NCBI GenBank assembly: GCA_039803745.1
Contig: JBDRZD010000012.1
Coordinates: 1 to 35,424, forward strand
Reading direction: 5' to 3'
DNA length: 35,424 nucleotides
From: a candidate division WOR-3 bacterium
Lineage (GTDB): Bacteria; Hydrothermota; Hydrothermia; Hydrothermales; Hydrothermaceae
Shown here: positions 7,984 to 19,521 of the stretch, in pieces
How the letters are laid out: each line of letters starts with the position of its first letter
Position numbering within the stretch: position 1 is the stretch's first letter
Program-made: the position numbers and the translations under genes
Notes under the pieces: model-generated
Told to the model about the DNA's origin: nothing
The model's input: the letters and a program-made list of their open reading frames with translations, nothing else
Databases searched by the model: none

Positions 7984-9458
7984 GTGTCTATCTGTGCTTT
8001 TTGTAATTTCCCTGAATAATCTATATAGACTGTTTTTATTTCTGTAAATATGTCATAAACAGTCCATCCACCTTCTCTATGTCCATTACCAGTATTTTTA
8101 ACACCTCCAAAAGGAAGATGGCATTCAGCGCCAATTGTTGGTCCATTTATATATGTTATTCCTGCTTCAATTCTTTCAATTGCCTTCATCGCCTTATTTA
8201 CATCCTGCGTATATATTGATGATGAGAGTCCATATTTTGTATTGTTTAAAACTTCAATTGCTTCATCAATATTCTTTACTTTAAAAAAGCATACAACAGG
8301 TCCAAAAATTTCTTCTTGAGCAATTGTTGCATTAGGTGAAACATCTACAAAAACTGTTGGTTTATAGAACCATCCTTTATCGTATTCATCACCCTTAATT
8401 CTTTCACCTCCACAAATTAATTTCCCTTCCTTTTTCCCTATTTCAACATATTGATGTATCTTTTTTAATTGTGTTTCATTTATAACAGGACCCATTTCAA
8501 CAGTCTCATCAAGTCCATTACCAATTTTTAATTTTTTTGCTCTTTCAACAAACCTTTCAAGGAATTCATCATAAACTTTTTCATGAACTATTATCCTTGA
8601 AGTAGCGGTGCATCTCTGACCTGCTGTTGCATAGGCTCCCCATATTGCTCCTTCAAGGGCAAGATCTAAATTTGCATCATCCATAACAATCTGTGCATTC
8701 TTCCCACCTAATTCAAGCGAAATTTTTTTAAGTGTTTTACCAGCAACTTCTGCAATTCTTGCCCCTACTTCTGAAGAACCTGTAAAAGCAATACCATCAA
8801 TATCAGGATGGGATAAGATTGCTTCACCTACTTCACTTCCTCCACCAAATACAAGATTTACAACACCTTCAGGAACCCCTGCCTCTTCAAGAATTTTTAC
8901 AAGTTCATAAGCACAGGCAGGTGCATCAGTTGGTGGTTTAAAAACAATTGTATTTCCCGCTAAAAGAGCAGGGAATATTTTCCATGAAGGAAGTGCTATT
9001 GGAAAATTCCAAGGTGTAATTATTCCAAAAACACCAACAGGTCTTCTAAATGTTAAACAGAATTTATCAGGTAATTCAGAAGGTGTTGTATAAGAAAAAA
9101 GCCTTCTTCCTTCACCAAATGCATAAAACGCAGTGTCTATTCCTTCCTGTGTATCACCTCTTGCCTCTTTTAAAATCTTACCATTTTCCCTTGTTAAAAG
9201 TCTTGAAATTTCTTCTTTTCTTTCAAGGAGTAATTCCGCTGCTTTTCTTAAGATTTCTCCTCTTTTAGGGGCAGGGACTCTTGACCAATGTTTAAAAGCC
9301 TTTCTTGCAGCCTTTACTGCTTCATCCACTTCTTCTTTTGTTGACAAAGGGAAAAGTCCTATTATTTCATCCCAGTTTGCAGGATTTCTATTTTCAAAAT
9401 ATTTACCACTTTTTGGAGGAACCCATTTACCATTTATATAATTTTTATATTCCTTCAT
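7971..9458 (-). CDS. NAD(P)-dependent aldehyde (semialdehyde) dehydrogenase
   Basis: ITPWNFP, FTGSSEVG, LELGGKN, GQRCTA, EEIFGP, PFGGVK. Start moved to ATG 9458 (SD AGGAGG at 9464-9469, ATGA overlap with argF). Confidence 0.92.
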   Translation of the reverse strand: MKEYKNYINGKWVPPKSGKYFENRNPANWDEIIGLFPLSTKEEVDEAVKAARKAFKHWSRVPAPKRGEILRKAAELLLERKEEISRLLTRENGKILKEARGDTQEGIDTAFYAFGEGRRLFSYTTPSELPDKFCLTFRRPVGVFGIITPWNFPIALPSWKIFPALLAGNTIVFKPPTDAPACAYELVKILEEAGVPEGVVNLVFGGGSEVGEAILSHPDIDGIAFTGSSEVGARIAEVAGKTLKKISLELGGKNAQIVMDDANLDLALEGAIWGAYATAGQRCTATSRIIVHEKVYDEFLERFVERAKKLKIGNGLDETVEMGPVINETQLKKIHQYVEIGKKEGKLICGGERIKGDEYDKGWFYKPTVFVDVSPNATIAQEEIFGPVVCFFKVKNIDEAIEVLNNTKYGLSSSIYTQDVNKAMKAIERIEAGITYINGPTIGAECHLPFGGVKNTGNGHREGGWTVYDIFTEIKTVYIDYSGKLQKAQIDTWEK

Positions 9459-10375
9459 TTTTTCCTCCTTGAGTAAATATGATAAAATAGTCCAATCTGT
9501 GCCCACATCCTATTCTCAGCCTGTTCATAAACTAAGGAAAAATCTGAATCTAAAACCTCATCTGTTACCTCTTCACCTCTATGAGCTGGAAGACAATGCA
9601 TGAAATAAACTTTTCCTCCTGCTGCCTTTATTAAATTCATGTTTACTTGATAATCTTTGAAAATTTTTTTCCTTTCTTCCCTTTCCTGTTCCTGTCCCAT
9701 TGAAGCCCATACATCTGTATATATGAATTTTACATTTTTAACTGCTTCATACGGATCATTTGTAATTTTTATTTCAGCACCTGTTTTTTTTGAGATTTCA
9801 AATGCTTTTTTTAGAATTTCCTCTTTTGGTTCATAGTTCTTTGGACTTGCAACATTTATTTTCCCTCCAAGAATTGAAAATGCTAAAATTAAAGAATGAC
9901 AGACATTGTTTCCATCACCTATAAAGGCAAGTGGTCCTTTATAATCTCCTGAATATTCTTCTATGGTCTGTAAATCAGCAAGAATCTGGCATGGATGCTC
10001 TAAATCTGACAATGCATTTATTACAGGAATTTTTGTATTTTCTGAAAGTATTTTAAGTGATTCATGGGAAAATACCCTTGCAATTATTCCATCAACCCAT
10101 CTTTCAAGATTCTTTGCAATATCCTTTACATCTTCCCTTTCCCCCATCTTAATATCAGAAGAAGAAAGATAAACTACATCTCCACCGAGTTTTCTAATTC
10201 CTGTTTCAAATGAGACTCTTGTCCTTAAAGAGGGTTTTTCAAATATAAGGGCTAAAATTTTTCCTTTTAGAATTTTTTCAAATTTTTTATTTTTTTTAAA
10301 ATTTTTTGCTTTTTTTAAAATATAAAGAATTTCCTTTTCATTTAAATCAAGGATGCTTAAAAAATCCCTTTTCAT
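9455..10375 (-). CDS. argF: Ornithine carbamoyltransferase
   Basis: FEKPSLRTR, HPCQ, GDGNNV, TDVWASMG, HCLPAHRG, QAENR. Confidence 0.92.
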   Translation of the reverse strand: MKRDFLSILDLNEKEILYILKKAKNFKKNKKFEKILKGKILALIFEKPSLRTRVSFETGIRKLGGDVVYLSSSDIKMGEREDVKDIAKNLERWVDGIIARVFSHESLKILSENTKIPVINALSDLEHPCQILADLQTIEEYSGDYKGPLAFIGDGNNVCHSLILAFSILGGKINVASPKNYEPKEEILKKAFEISKKTGAEIKITNDPYEAVKNVKFIYTDVWASMGQEQEREERKKIFKDYQVNMNLIKAAGGKVYFMHCLPAHRGEEVTDEVLDSDFSLVYEQAENRMWAQIGLFYHIYSRRKK

Positions 10376-11373
10376 TTTTTCCCTTCAAGTTCTTTTATTC
10401 TTAAAAGAACTTTATATGCTTCACTCTGTTTTCCCATTTTTATTAAAAGGGCTGCCTTTGCCTTTAAAAAATCAATTCTTTCAGGCTCTAAAATAGTTGC
10501 CTTTTCATAATTGTTTAATGCATTTTTTAAATCATTTATTTCTTCATAGGCAGTTCCTAAAAGGAAATATACATTTGCATCTTCAACCTTTTTAGATTTT
10601 AAGTTTTCAAGATGATAAATAGCCTCCTTTACTTCTCCTCCTTGAAGCAAGGAAAAGGAATAGTTGTAAAGATTATCAAGATTTAGTGTATCAAGTTCAT
10701 AAGCCTTTTTATAAAATTCCGAAGCCTTTTTATATTCCTTTTTAAGAATATAAATTTCACCTAAGAGAGCATAGCCTCTTGCATTACCCTTTTCAATTTC
10801 AATTAATTTTTTAAGAACTTTTTCACATTCTTCTGGATTTTCTTCTTTTATATAAAGGGCATAATAATAAAGAATATCTGGAATATCTTGACCTTTTTTA
10901 TAAGCAAGTGTTATGTATTTTTTTGCGTTTTCATCATCGTTTTTCCTCTGATATAGACTTCCTATATTTAAAAGTGCTTGGGCATTTGTTGTATCAAGGG
11001 AATAAGAAAGACTTAAGTAATTTATTGCTTTATCAATAGAATCATGTTGGGCATAAATAATTCCTGCATTATAATAAGCAGTTGGAATCTCTTGAAATTC
11101 TTTTAAATATTTTGTTTTTTCCTTCGCAAGGTTAAGACCCTTTTCAAAATTTTTTGCCGATTCTATAAATTTATTCAAGAAAGCATAGGCTCTTCCAAGC
11201 CATAGATAACTTTCAGGGTTATTTGGTTCTTTTTCTGTCCATTCCTCACACATATTTTTCAGAGTTTCAAAATTCTTTTGGGAGTAGTATATTTTAGCTT
11301 GCCTTAAATAGGGGTTTGTTCCAGCACATCCTATAAGGATTATGCTTCCTATTATGTATATATATTTTTTCAT
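10372..11373 (-). CDS. TPR-repeat lipoprotein
   Basis: Signal peptide with lipobox-like LIGC; repeated TPR patterns; SD AAGGAGGT upstream. Confidence 0.8.
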   Translation of the reverse strand: MKKYIYIIGSIILIGCAGTNPYLRQAKIYYSQKNFETLKNMCEEWTEKEPNNPESYLWLGRAYAFLNKFIESAKNFEKGLNLAKEKTKYLKEFQEIPTAYYNAGIIYAQHDSIDKAINYLSLSYSLDTTNAQALLNIGSLYQRKNDDENAKKYITLAYKKGQDIPDILYYYALYIKEENPEECEKVLKKLIEIEKGNARGYALLGEIYILKKEYKKASEFYKKAYELDTLNLDNLYNYSFSLLQGGEVKEAIYHLENLKSKKVEDANVYFLLGTAYEEINDLKNALNNYEKATILEPERIDFLKAKAALLIKMGKQSEAYKVLLRIKELEGKK

Positions 11374-11388
11374 AAAACCTCCTTATCT

Positions 11389-12732
11389 TTAAAAAATTGT
11401 TCCACTTGTGAATTTAATGCTCTTAACTTTTATTGCAGGAACTAATACTCCGATAGGAAATCTAAATCCATAACTATCTCCTCCGACAAGTTCTCTTTCT
11501 TTACTTATTTCTTCTATTCCTTCAAAAACCCTTATAAAGCTATCTGTAAATCTTAAATTTTTTATCCTCTTTTTAATTTTTCCATTTTCAATCAAAAATG
11601 TTCCATCCCTTGTCATTCCTGTTAAGACAAAATCTAATGGATGAACGACATTTGTATAATGGAATCTTGTTACATATACACCATAATCAGTTTCTTCTAT
11701 TATTTTTTCAAGACTTTTTTCTCCTTCTTTCATTTCCATATTTGAAGGGAATGGAAAACTTGAAGGCGGAATTGAAAGGGAATGACCTGTTGATTCTTTA
11801 TTTTCTTTTTTTGCAGTTCTTCTATCATAAACAAGGTTTAAAGGGATTCCGTTTTTAACAAGTTCTACTTTATTTTTTGGAACGCCTTCAAAATCAAAAG
11901 GGAAATTGAAGTTTAATGGATTAGAAGGGTCATCTACTAAATCAAATTTTTCAGAAAATATTTTTTTACCAAGTTTTCCTAAAAGAAAACTTCTTCTTTC
12001 TTGATAAATTTTTGCACTGAATCCTACCCATCCCATAAATTCTATTATTGTACCAACAGCAGGAAATTCAAGTATCGCAGGATATTCACCTATTTTAAGT
12101 TCAACTTTTTCTCCTTTAAAACTTGCCTTTTCCCTTGCCCTTTCAGAAAGAATTTCCACATTTAAATTCTCTATTTTTCTTGAATGTCCTTCTGCCCATC
12201 CTGAATTTTCTCCATCCCATGCCGTTATTGTGATGTGTGCATCACTTTGTTTTTTATAAAGATAAAGTCCTTTCGAGTTGAATATATAAATTTCACTTCC
12301 ACCTGTACTTACTATTCCATATCCCTTTGCATTATTTAAAGTTTTAACTATTTTATTTACAATTTCTGCTCTTTCAAATTCAGAAAAATTGTATGTTTTC
12401 TCATCAAATGTATCTGTATCTATAAATTCCTTTGGAGATGTAAATCCATCAAATTCTTCTATTTCTTTTGAATTTATAGTTATTTCCTTAAGTTTTTTAA
12501 GATATTCCTTTAATTTATCTTCATTTATTTCTGTAAATGAATACATTCCAACTTTTTTCCCAATCGCACCTGTGATAAAAGCTTTTATGCCTTCAATATG
12601 CATGTTCTGGTGTATTTTTGATTCATAAAATCTTGTCAGGTTATTATTTTCAAAAATAATCGTTATCTGTATTTCGTCACCTTCAAAATTTTTAATTAAA
12701 TAATCTGCAATTTTTTCAATCTTTTCTTTCAT
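11389..12732 (-). CDS. TldD/PmbA family protein (PmbA/TldE-like, no HExxxH)
   Basis: LTRF..S.IHQN, PFDFEGVP, STGH, TRFHY, TGMTRDGTFLIENG, NLRF; start at MKEKIEK after a GGGGG SD. Confidence 0.85.
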   Translation of the reverse strand: MKEKIEKIADYLIKNFEGDEIQITIIFENNNLTRFYESKIHQNMHIEGIKAFITGAIGKKVGMYSFTEINEDKLKEYLKKLKEITINSKEIEEFDGFTSPKEFIDTDTFDEKTYNFSEFERAEIVNKIVKTLNNAKGYGIVSTGGSEIYIFNSKGLYLYKKQSDAHITITAWDGENSGWAEGHSRKIENLNVEILSERAREKASFKGEKVELKIGEYPAILEFPAVGTIIEFMGWVGFSAKIYQERRSFLLGKLGKKIFSEKFDLVDDPSNPLNFNFPFDFEGVPKNKVELVKNGIPLNLVYDRRTAKKENKESTGHSLSIPPSSFPFPSNMEMKEGEKSLEKIIEETDYGVYVTRFHYTNVVHPLDFVLTGMTRDGTFLIENGKIKKRIKNLRFTDSFIRVFEGIEEISKERELVGGDSYGFRFPIGVLVPAIKVKSIKFTSGTIF

Positions 12733-14029
12733 TTCCCCCACCTTTTTCATATTCAAAGCAAAACATTTTACCTTTTACAAAAGTATATAAAACTTTTCCA
12801 ATCATTTCTTTTCCTTTAAAAGGTGTATTTTTCCCCTTTGAGAAAAAATTATTTGGGTCACAAATCCATTTTTTATTTAAATCAACAATTGTTAAGGATG
12901 CATAATAGCCTTCTTTGATTCTTCCTACTTTTTCAATTTTTAAGAATTTTGCAGGATTATATGAAAGTAAAAAAGATAAATTTTTTAAAGATAAATTATT
13001 TTTCAATACAAGAGTTTCATAGTAAATTGAAAAGGCTGTTTCAAGTCCAGAAATTCCAGGTGGTGCAATTTCAAATTCTTTTTCTTTATCAAATTTTAAA
13101 TGGGGTGCATGATCTGTTGCAAGAAAATCAACTATTCCTTCTTTTATTCCTTCAATAATTCTTATCCTATCTTCTTCTTCTCTTAAGGGTGGATTTGTTT
13201 TTGCATTTGGATCATAATCTAAAACTTTTTCATAGGTTAATGAAATATGATGAGGGGTTGCTTCGCATGTTACATTTACTCCTTCTTCTTTTGCTTTTTT
13301 AATAAGTTCAATTCCTTCTTTTGTTGAGATATGTGCGATATGAAGCCTTCCGCCTATTTTTTTTGCAAGGGTTATATCTCTAAAAATTGCTATTATTTCT
13401 GCTTCTCTTGGCCTCCCAAGAAGCCCTTTTACAATTGTTTCAGAATTTTCATGGGCAATACCATTTTTTACAAGAAATTCATCCTCACAATGAGATATAA
13501 CAGGTATGTCAAAAATTAAAGAATATTCAAGAGCAGACCTCATAAGCAAAGAATTTGTAACCCAGTTTCCATCATCAGATATTGCCACTGCCCCTGCTTC
13601 AACCATATCACCTATCTCACTTAAAACTTCTCCTTTTCTTTCTTTTGTTATTGTTCCAACTGGATAAATATCAAGTATACCTATATATTTACTTCTCTCT
13701 TTTATATACTTTATAAGTCCTGCATTATCAAGGGGTGGATTTGTATTTGGCATACAACAAAGTGCAACAAATCCTCCATGAACTCCTGCAAGTGAGCCAC
13801 TTTCAAGGTCTTCTCTATCTTCAAAACCTGGTTCTCTTAAATGGGTATGAATATCAATAAAACCTGGAAAGGCGAATTTATCTTTCCCATCAATAACTTC
13901 TGTATCATCTACCTTTATATTTCTATCAACCCCTTTTATATACTCATCCTCAATTAGAATATCAAAATTTTCCCTTATCCCATCTATTGGATCAACGATA
14001 TCTATGTTCTTTATAAGAATTTTACCCAA
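12716..14029 (-). CDS. pyrC: Dihydroorotase (long, type I)
   Basis: DIHTHLREPG, MPNTNP, SDDG, HIAHIST, EATPHH, NPPLR, ATDHAPH, KNTPF; TTG start. Confidence 0.93.
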   Translation of the reverse strand: MGKILIKNIDIVDPIDGIRENFDILIEDEYIKGVDRNIKVDDTEVIDGKDKFAFPGFIDIHTHLREPGFEDREDLESGSLAGVHGGFVALCCMPNTNPPLDNAGLIKYIKERSKYIGILDIYPVGTITKERKGEVLSEIGDMVEAGAVAISDDGNWVTNSLLMRSALEYSLIFDIPVISHCEDEFLVKNGIAHENSETIVKGLLGRPREAEIIAIFRDITLAKKIGGRLHIAHISTKEGIELIKKAKEEGVNVTCEATPHHISLTYEKVLDYDPNAKTNPPLREEEDRIRIIEGIKEGIVDFLATDHAPHLKFDKEKEFEIAPPGISGLETAFSIYYETLVLKNNLSLKNLSFLLSYNPAKFLKIEKVGRIKEGYYASLTIVDLNKKWICDPNNFFSKGKNTPFKGKEMIGKVLYTFVKGKMFCFEYEKGGGNERKD

Positions 14030-14030
14030 C

Positions 14031-14489
14031 TTATAAAATCTCTTTAAGATTTAAAAGTTCAACAAGTGATTTTGCTGCCTCCTCTCCTTTATTTCCCATC
14101 TTTCCCCCTGCTCTCTCAATTGCTTGTTCCATATCCTCAACTGTTAAAATTCCAAGCCCAATTGGTTTTTTATACTCATACATAATTTTTTGGATTCCTT
14201 TTATTGTTTCATTTGCTATATACTCAAAATGGGGTGTATCACCTTTAATTATGCAGCCAATGGCTAAAAATCCATCATAGTCTTTTGAAACAATTTCTTT
14301 TAATATATATGGAATTTCAAAAGAACCAGGAACCCAGTATACATCAATATTTTCCTCTTTTGCTCCATATCTTTTTAGAGATTCAATCGCACCTTCTAAA
14401 AGTCTTTTTGTTATAAACTCATTAAAGCGGGAAATAACTATCCCTATTTTATACTTATCAGCCCTTAATTTCCCTTTAAATTCTTTCAT
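14031..14489 (-). CDS. ribH: 6,7-dimethyl-8-ribityllumazine synthase
   Basis: [37 protein letters not shown]. Confidence 0.96.
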   Translation of the reverse strand: MKEFKGKLRADKYKIGIVISRFNEFITKRLLEGAIESLKRYGAKEENIDVYWVPGSFEIPYILKEIVSKDYDGFLAIGCIIKGDTPHFEYIANETIKGIQKIMYEYKKPIGLGILTVEDMEQAIERAGGKMGNKGEEAAKSLVELLNLKEIL

Positions 14490-15721
14490 TTTAACTCCTT
14501 TAAATTATCAATCATATGCCCCAATTTATCTCTTTTTGCTTTTAAATAATTTAGATTTTCCTTTCTTGGATTTGTATTTAAGGGAATTCTTTCTGTAATT
14601 GTTATTCCATAGCCTTCAAGGCCTACAATTTTTTTAGGATTATTTGTCATAAGTCTTATTGATGAAAGTCCAAGATCAACAAGTATTTGAGCACCTATTC
14701 CATAATCCCTTAAATCAGGTGGAAATCCTAAAATTTTGTTTGCTTCAACAGTATCATAACCCTTATCTTGAAGTGCATATGCTTTCAATTTGTTTAAAAG
14801 TCCTATTCCTCTTCCTTCCTGTCTCATGTAAACGAGAACACCTTCTTTTTCTTTATTTATTTTTTCAAGAGCGAGTTTTAATTGATCCCCGCAATCACAT
14901 CTTAAAGAGTGGAATATATCACCTGTAAGACATTGAGAATGAACACGAACCAAAACATTTTCTTTTCCAAAAGGTTCCCCTTTTACAAGAGCAAGATGAA
15001 CTTCTTTATCCACAATGTCTTCATAAACTATAAGTTTAAATTCGCCATAAGGTGTTGGCAAACTTGTTTCAACAACTCTTCTCACAAGTTTTTCTCTTTT
15101 TATTCTATACTTTATTAAGTCTTTTATTGTTATAACTTTTAGAGAAAATTTTTTAGCGATCTCAAAAAGTTTTGGAAGTCTTGCCATTTTACCATCTTCA
15201 TCCATTATTTCACAAAGAACACCAGCAGGATAAAGACCCGCAAGGCGGGCAAGATCAACTGCTGCCTCTGTATGTCCTGCCCTTCTTAAAACTCCTGCCT
15301 CATGGGCTTTCAAAGTATAAACATGACCTGGAATTGCAATATCTTCTGGCTTTGTATCAGGTGAAATTGCAACTTTAATTGTTTGTGCTCTATCATAAGC
15401 GGAAGAACCTGTTGTTACCCCATTTTTTGCATCAATAGGTGCACAAAAAGGCGTTCCCATTTTTGAGGTATTTGGTGAAATAATTGAAAAATCAGGGATT
15501 CCGAGTTCTTCACATCTTTTCTTTGTGAGAGATAAACATATAAGTCCTCTTGCTTCTTTAGCCATAAAATTTATTATTTCAGGAGTTACTTTCTCGGCTG
15601 CAACTATCATATCTCCTTCATTTTCCCTTTCTTCATCATCTACTACTATTACTATTTTTCCCTTTTTTATATCTTCTAATGCTTCTTCAATTGTCGCAAA
15701 TAAATAACTTTCCTCTTTCAT
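14486..15721 (-). CDS. ribBA: Bifunctional DHBP synthase / GTP cyclohydrolase II
   Basis: [46 protein letters not shown]. Confidence 0.96.
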   Translation of the reverse strand: MKEESYLFATIEEALEDIKKGKIVIVVDDEERENEGDMIVAAEKVTPEIINFMAKEARGLICLSLTKKRCEELGIPDFSIISPNTSKMGTPFCAPIDAKNGVTTGSSAYDRAQTIKVAISPDTKPEDIAIPGHVYTLKAHEAGVLRRAGHTEAAVDLARLAGLYPAGVLCEIMDEDGKMARLPKLFEIAKKFSLKVITIKDLIKYRIKREKLVRRVVETSLPTPYGEFKLIVYEDIVDKEVHLALVKGEPFGKENVLVRVHSQCLTGDIFHSLRCDCGDQLKLALEKINKEKEGVLVYMRQEGRGIGLLNKLKAYALQDKGYDTVEANKILGFPPDLRDYGIGAQILVDLGLSSIRLMTNNPKKIVGLEGYGITITERIPLNTNPRKENLNYLKAKRDKLGHMIDNLKELK

Positions 15722-15730
15722 AAGAAATTA

Positions 15731-15760
15731 ATTATAAAATTTATCTCTTTTCCAAGTCAA
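15731..15760 (-). promoter_or_regulatory. Internal promoter for ribBA (TTGACT-18-TATAAT), probably near-leaderless mRNA
   Basis: -35 at 15760-15755 inside the upstream gene end, -10 at 15736-15731, ATG 9 nt downstream, no SD. Confidence 0.65.
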
Positions 15761-17747
15761 TTAGACTTTTATCTATTTCTTCTTTAAGTAATGGGCTTTT
15801 TGCAATCATTTTTGCCCTTTCCAGAAATGCCCTTTTTTCCTCCTTTAAATTTGTTAAAGAAGCAGCACGGTATAGAGAAAGGGAAACTGAATCTAAGGAA
15901 GAAAGCAAATAATCTGCTGCTAAAAGATAAATCCTTTTTGCCTCTTCATTTTCTCCTTTTATTTCCTTCGTTTCGGCTAACCTGAAAAGAATATGTCCTT
16001 TCCTTTCGTCTTCCCATCTGAAAGAAGTTTTTGCACACAATTCTTCCATTTTATTTACCTCTTCTTTTTCCTTATGAATTTCATAAAGCATTATAATTCC
16101 TTTAAAAGAAATTGTATCATCCCCTTGAATTATATCTTTGAGAAGATTTTCTGATTCTCTTAATTTACCAAGAATTTTATAAATTTCTGCTATATAATAT
16201 TTAACACCCTTTGTGTATTCATTTTCTATATCTTCTTCTATTTCTCCAGATACTTCAAGGGCAGCAAAGGGGTCTTTTTTTATTTTATAAAGTAAGAATA
16301 CTTTATAGAAAATTATGATATCTTTATATTCCGGAAAATTTTCATATAAAGAATCAATAAATGCATAATTTTTAGCATTTATAGCAATTTTAATAAGCTT
16401 ATCAAATTCTCCTCTTTCTTTTTTAATTTCAAAAATTTTTTTTTGATAATTCAGGGCTTCAGAAAATCTATTTTCTTCTAAAAGATAATTAACAATTTCC
16501 TTTAATATTTCATATCTCCTTATACTTTGGGGGAATTTTTCAAGAAAAATTTTGTAAGCGATTTCTAAATTGGAAATTCTCCCTATTTTCACCTCAAGAA
16601 GAATTTTCTTTAAAAATATATTTTCATAAAGCTGGCTTTTTTTGTCTATATATTTTAAAGAATTCTCATAAAAATATATCGCTTTAAGGTATTTGTGGGA
16701 ATTTTCATAATTTTCTCCGATCTTGAAATATCCGAGCCCTTTTAAATATCTGTTTTCTTCAATTTTAATTTTATTAATTACTCTTTTTATCTCCTTTTCT
16801 CTCAAAAGGGAGGAAATATAAACTGCGAATACTTCCTGTTTTATAATTTCGCCCCATTTTTCATATATCTCTATAACTTCTTTAAACTTTTTTCTTGAAT
16901 AAAGATTTAAAATTACCTTTCTCAAAATTTCTTTAAACTCTCCATTTTTTCCAAATTCCTTTTCATAGATTTTGATAAGAGTGTCAATTTTTTCTCCAAT
17001 GAGAGATTCAATTTCAATTAAAATACCCAAGGAACTTTTATAAAATTTTTTATTTTCATAAAGCCTGATTATATATTCCTTTGCTGTTTTATATTTTTTG
17101 ATACTCTTATAATAGTTTGCAAGGATAAAATAAAGTGTGTCAGTATAAAAATTCTCTCCATATTTTTTAAGATAATTCTCTATTTTATTAATATCTGATA
17201 TTGCCATTAAAAATTCTACATCTTCTCCCAGCCTTTCGTAGTCTTTTATTTTTTCAAGATTTTTCAGAACTTTTTCCTTTTCATTTTTTTTAAAAAGAAA
17301 GATTGAATTTAAATAAAGAATATAAGGGAAATAAGGTGAGTTGATAAATTTTTCATTTTCCAAAATATTTGGAATTCTATTGAGTTTAAGGCAGGTTAAT
17401 AAATAAATGATATATTCCTCTGGTTTTTTAATTTCTTTATTTTCTAAAATTTCTTTTATTTTTTCAAATTCTTCCCTTTTAAAGAGATAAAGCAAAAACA
17501 TTAGATTATCTTTTTCATATACATACTTGTAATAATTTTTTTCTTTAACTCCCTTTTTAAGTTCTTTAAACATTTTATTTTTAAAAATTAAAAATGAATC
17601 TCTTTTATTTACCTCAAAATTCAATTTTTTTTCTTTTTCAAAAATCCATTTAATTTTTTCTTTATAAAAATAACAGGAATCAACCCCTTTTATGTTTTCT
17701 TTAAAATAAGGGTGCGAAAGAGTAAGGATAAGGATAATAAATATCAA
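15741..17747 (-). CDS. Hypothetical TPR-like alpha-helical protein, probably exported or membrane-anchored
   Basis: 668-aa ORF, hydrophobic N-terminus, TPR-like helical patterns; TTG start overlaps the upstream stop. Confidence 0.7.
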   Translation of the reverse strand: MIFIILILTLSHPYFKENIKGVDSCYFYKEKIKWIFEKEKKLNFEVNKRDSFLIFKNKMFKELKKGVKEKNYYKYVYEKDNLMFLLYLFKREEFEKIKEILENKEIKKPEEYIIYLLTCLKLNRIPNILENEKFINSPYFPYILYLNSIFLFKKNEKEKVLKNLEKIKDYERLGEDVEFLMAISDINKIENYLKKYGENFYTDTLYFILANYYKSIKKYKTAKEYIIRLYENKKFYKSSLGILIEIESLIGEKIDTLIKIYEKEFGKNGEFKEILRKVILNLYSRKKFKEVIEIYEKWGEIIKQEVFAVYISSLLREKEIKRVINKIKIEENRYLKGLGYFKIGENYENSHKYLKAIYFYENSLKYIDKKSQLYENIFLKKILLEVKIGRISNLEIAYKIFLEKFPQSIRRYEILKEIVNYLLEENRFSEALNYQKKIFEIKKERGEFDKLIKIAINAKNYAFIDSLYENFPEYKDIIIFYKVFLLYKIKKDPFAALEVSGEIEEDIENEYTKGVKYYIAEIYKILGKLRESENLLKDIIQGDDTISFKGIIMLYEIHKEKEEVNKMEELCAKTSFRWEDERKGHILFRLAETKEIKGENEEAKRIYLLAADYLLSSLDSVSLSLYRAASLTNLKEEKRAFLERAKMIAKSPLLKEEIDKSLIDLEKR

Positions 17748-18400
17748 AACTTGAAGAATTTAAAAATACCCTTATTTATTTTTTTATTTATTTCCTCATG
17801 AAGCATTTTTATTTTGTAACTTGTCGGGTTTAATGCTTTTGCAATTTCTAAAAGTTCAAAAGCCTTCTTATACTCCTCTATTTCATAAAAGGTTTTTGCA
17901 GAAATATAAAGAGTTTCTGTGTCTTTTATTACATTCTTTTTTGTGTAAATTTTCATAAGAATAGATAAAATTTCTTCGCGTGGTCTTTTATCTTTTAAAT
18001 AGACATGGGCAAGGTATGCTTTGTAGAGCTCTTTTTCCGGATCAAATTTTATAGCAGTTTTAAAATATTGTATTGCTCTTGCGTAGCTTCCTTTTTCAAA
18101 TTCTTCTTTTCCATGTTTAAATGCGGATTGCGCATGTATTTTAAGACTTGTTTCATGGTGAGTATAAGTTTTACCTTCTTCTAATTTTTTTGTATATTCC
18201 TGTCTTTTTTGGGGGTCATACAGAATATCAAAGGCTTCATTTATTAAAACAAATTTTTTTAATGCATTTTCGTATCCCTCTTTGCCAAGATGTTTAAATT
18301 TATCAGGATGAAATTGTTTACATAAATTTAAATATGCTTTTTTAATTTCTTCTTGGGTTGCGTTTCTTTTTACTCCTAAAATTTCATAATAATCTTTCAT
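17744..18400 (-). CDS. J-domain (DnaJ-like) protein with C-terminal TPR
   Basis: KDYYEILGV...HPDK...[15 protein letters not shown]-like helices after. Confidence 0.88.
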   Translation of the reverse strand: MKDYYEILGVKRNATQEEIKKAYLNLCKQFHPDKFKHLGKEGYENALKKFVLINEAFDILYDPQKRQEYTKKLEEGKTYTHHETSLKIHAQSAFKHGKEEFEKGSYARAIQYFKTAIKFDPEKELYKAYLAHVYLKDKRPREEILSILMKIYTKKNVIKDTETLYISAKTFYEIEEYKKAFELLEIAKALNPTSYKIKMLHEEINKKINKGIFKFFKF

Positions 18401-19521
18401 AATATCTCCTTTAAAAAGTATAAGGGGTCGATAGGCTTTCCACCATACCTTATTTCAAAATGAAGAAGTGGAAGATCTTCGAGCATGTCTTTTCCAAGCC
18501 TTCCTATAATCTCGCCCTTTGAAACAGCCTTTCCAACTGTAACATAAATTTCATCTAAATTTCCATATATTGTAAAAAATCCATCAGTATGGTCAATTAT
18601 TACAAGTTTCCCATATCCAAGAAAATCACCTGCATATTCTACAATACCACTTGAAGAAGCCTTTACCTCTTTACCGATTTCTGATAATATATCAATTCCG
18701 TTGTTTTTAATTTTTGTTTTATAAACAGGATGCCATATAGTTCCAAAGTAATTATGAACTTTCCCATTTATTGGCCATGCAAAATCTTTCTTTGGTATCT
18801 CTGCTATTTCTTTTCCAAAAATTTCTCTTTTTAATTTCTTTTCCATTTCACTTATTATCTTATTCAATTTTTTTATACTTTCCTTTAATTCAGAAATGAG
18901 TTTTTCTCTTTTCCTCTCATCTTTTTTAATCTCTTCCAGTAATTTCTCTTTTTCTTCTTTTAAACTTGTTAGTTCTAATTCTCTTTTTTCAAGGTCATTT
19001 TTTAAAATTCTTAAATTTTCTTCTTTTACTTTTAAACTCTCAACTTTTTCTTCAAGTTCTTTTAAAAACTCAATACCTTTATTTAATACCATCTTTTCTT
19101 CCTTTAATTTAATATCTATTCCTTTAATATAAGAATAAAAAGTATAGGGTGAAAAACCATATAAAATCAAATTTAAAGGGGAGAACTTTCCTCTTTTATA
19201 TAAAAAGATAATGCTTCTTTTCATTTTGCTCCTTGAACCTTCAATATATTTTTTTATTTTATCAATAACTTCATTTTTCTTCTTTTTTTCTATTTCCATA
19301 AATTCTACCTGTTTTTCCACTTTTGAAATAATTTCTCTTAAAAGTTTTTCTTCTTCATTTATTTTTTCGATTGTACCCATAATACTAATTTTTTCTCTTT
19401 CACTTTCAATTTTTTCTTTCCTTACCTTTTCAAGTTCTTTTTTAAGAGAATCAAGTTTTTCTTTATAAGTTCTTAAGTTTCCATTTATACTTATAATAAA
19501 TATTAAAAAAATATCTATCAT
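18397..19521 (-). CDS. envC: EnvC-like murein hydrolase activator (coiled coil + M23/LytM domain)
   Basis: Long coiled coil, [32 protein letters not shown]; degenerate Zn site; directly after ftsX. Confidence 0.85.
   Translation of the reverse strand: MIDIFLIFIISINGNLRTYKEKLDSLKKELEKVRKEKIESEREKISIMGTIEKINEEEKLLREIISKVEKQVEFMEIEKKKKNEVIDKIKKYIEGSRSKMKRSIIFLYKRGKFSPLNLILYGFSPYTFYSYIKGIDIKLKEEKMVLNKGIEFLKELEEKVESLKVKEENLRILKNDLEKRELELTSLKEEKEKLLEEIKKDERKREKLISELKESIKKLNKIISEMEKKLKREIFGKEIAEIPKKDFAWPINGKVHNYFGTIWHPVYKTKIKNNGIDILSEIGKEVKASSSGIVEYAGDFLGYGKLVIIDHTDGFFTIYGNLDEIYVTVGKAVSKGEIIGRLGKDMLEDLPLLHFEIRYGGKPIDPLYFLKEIL

Noticed and set aside
9455..10375. SLRT motif suggesting N-acetyl- or N-succinyl-ornithine transcarbamylase
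   Set aside because: DxxxSMG and HCLPAHRG motifs match canonical ornithine carbamoyltransferase.
15722..15760. FMN riboswitch upstream of ribBA
   Set aside because: The intergenic gap is only 19 nt and no RFN motifs are present.
18840..19500. Low-complexity T/C-rich stretch as a tandem repeat
   Set aside because: It is the coding sequence of the K/E-rich EnvC coiled coil.
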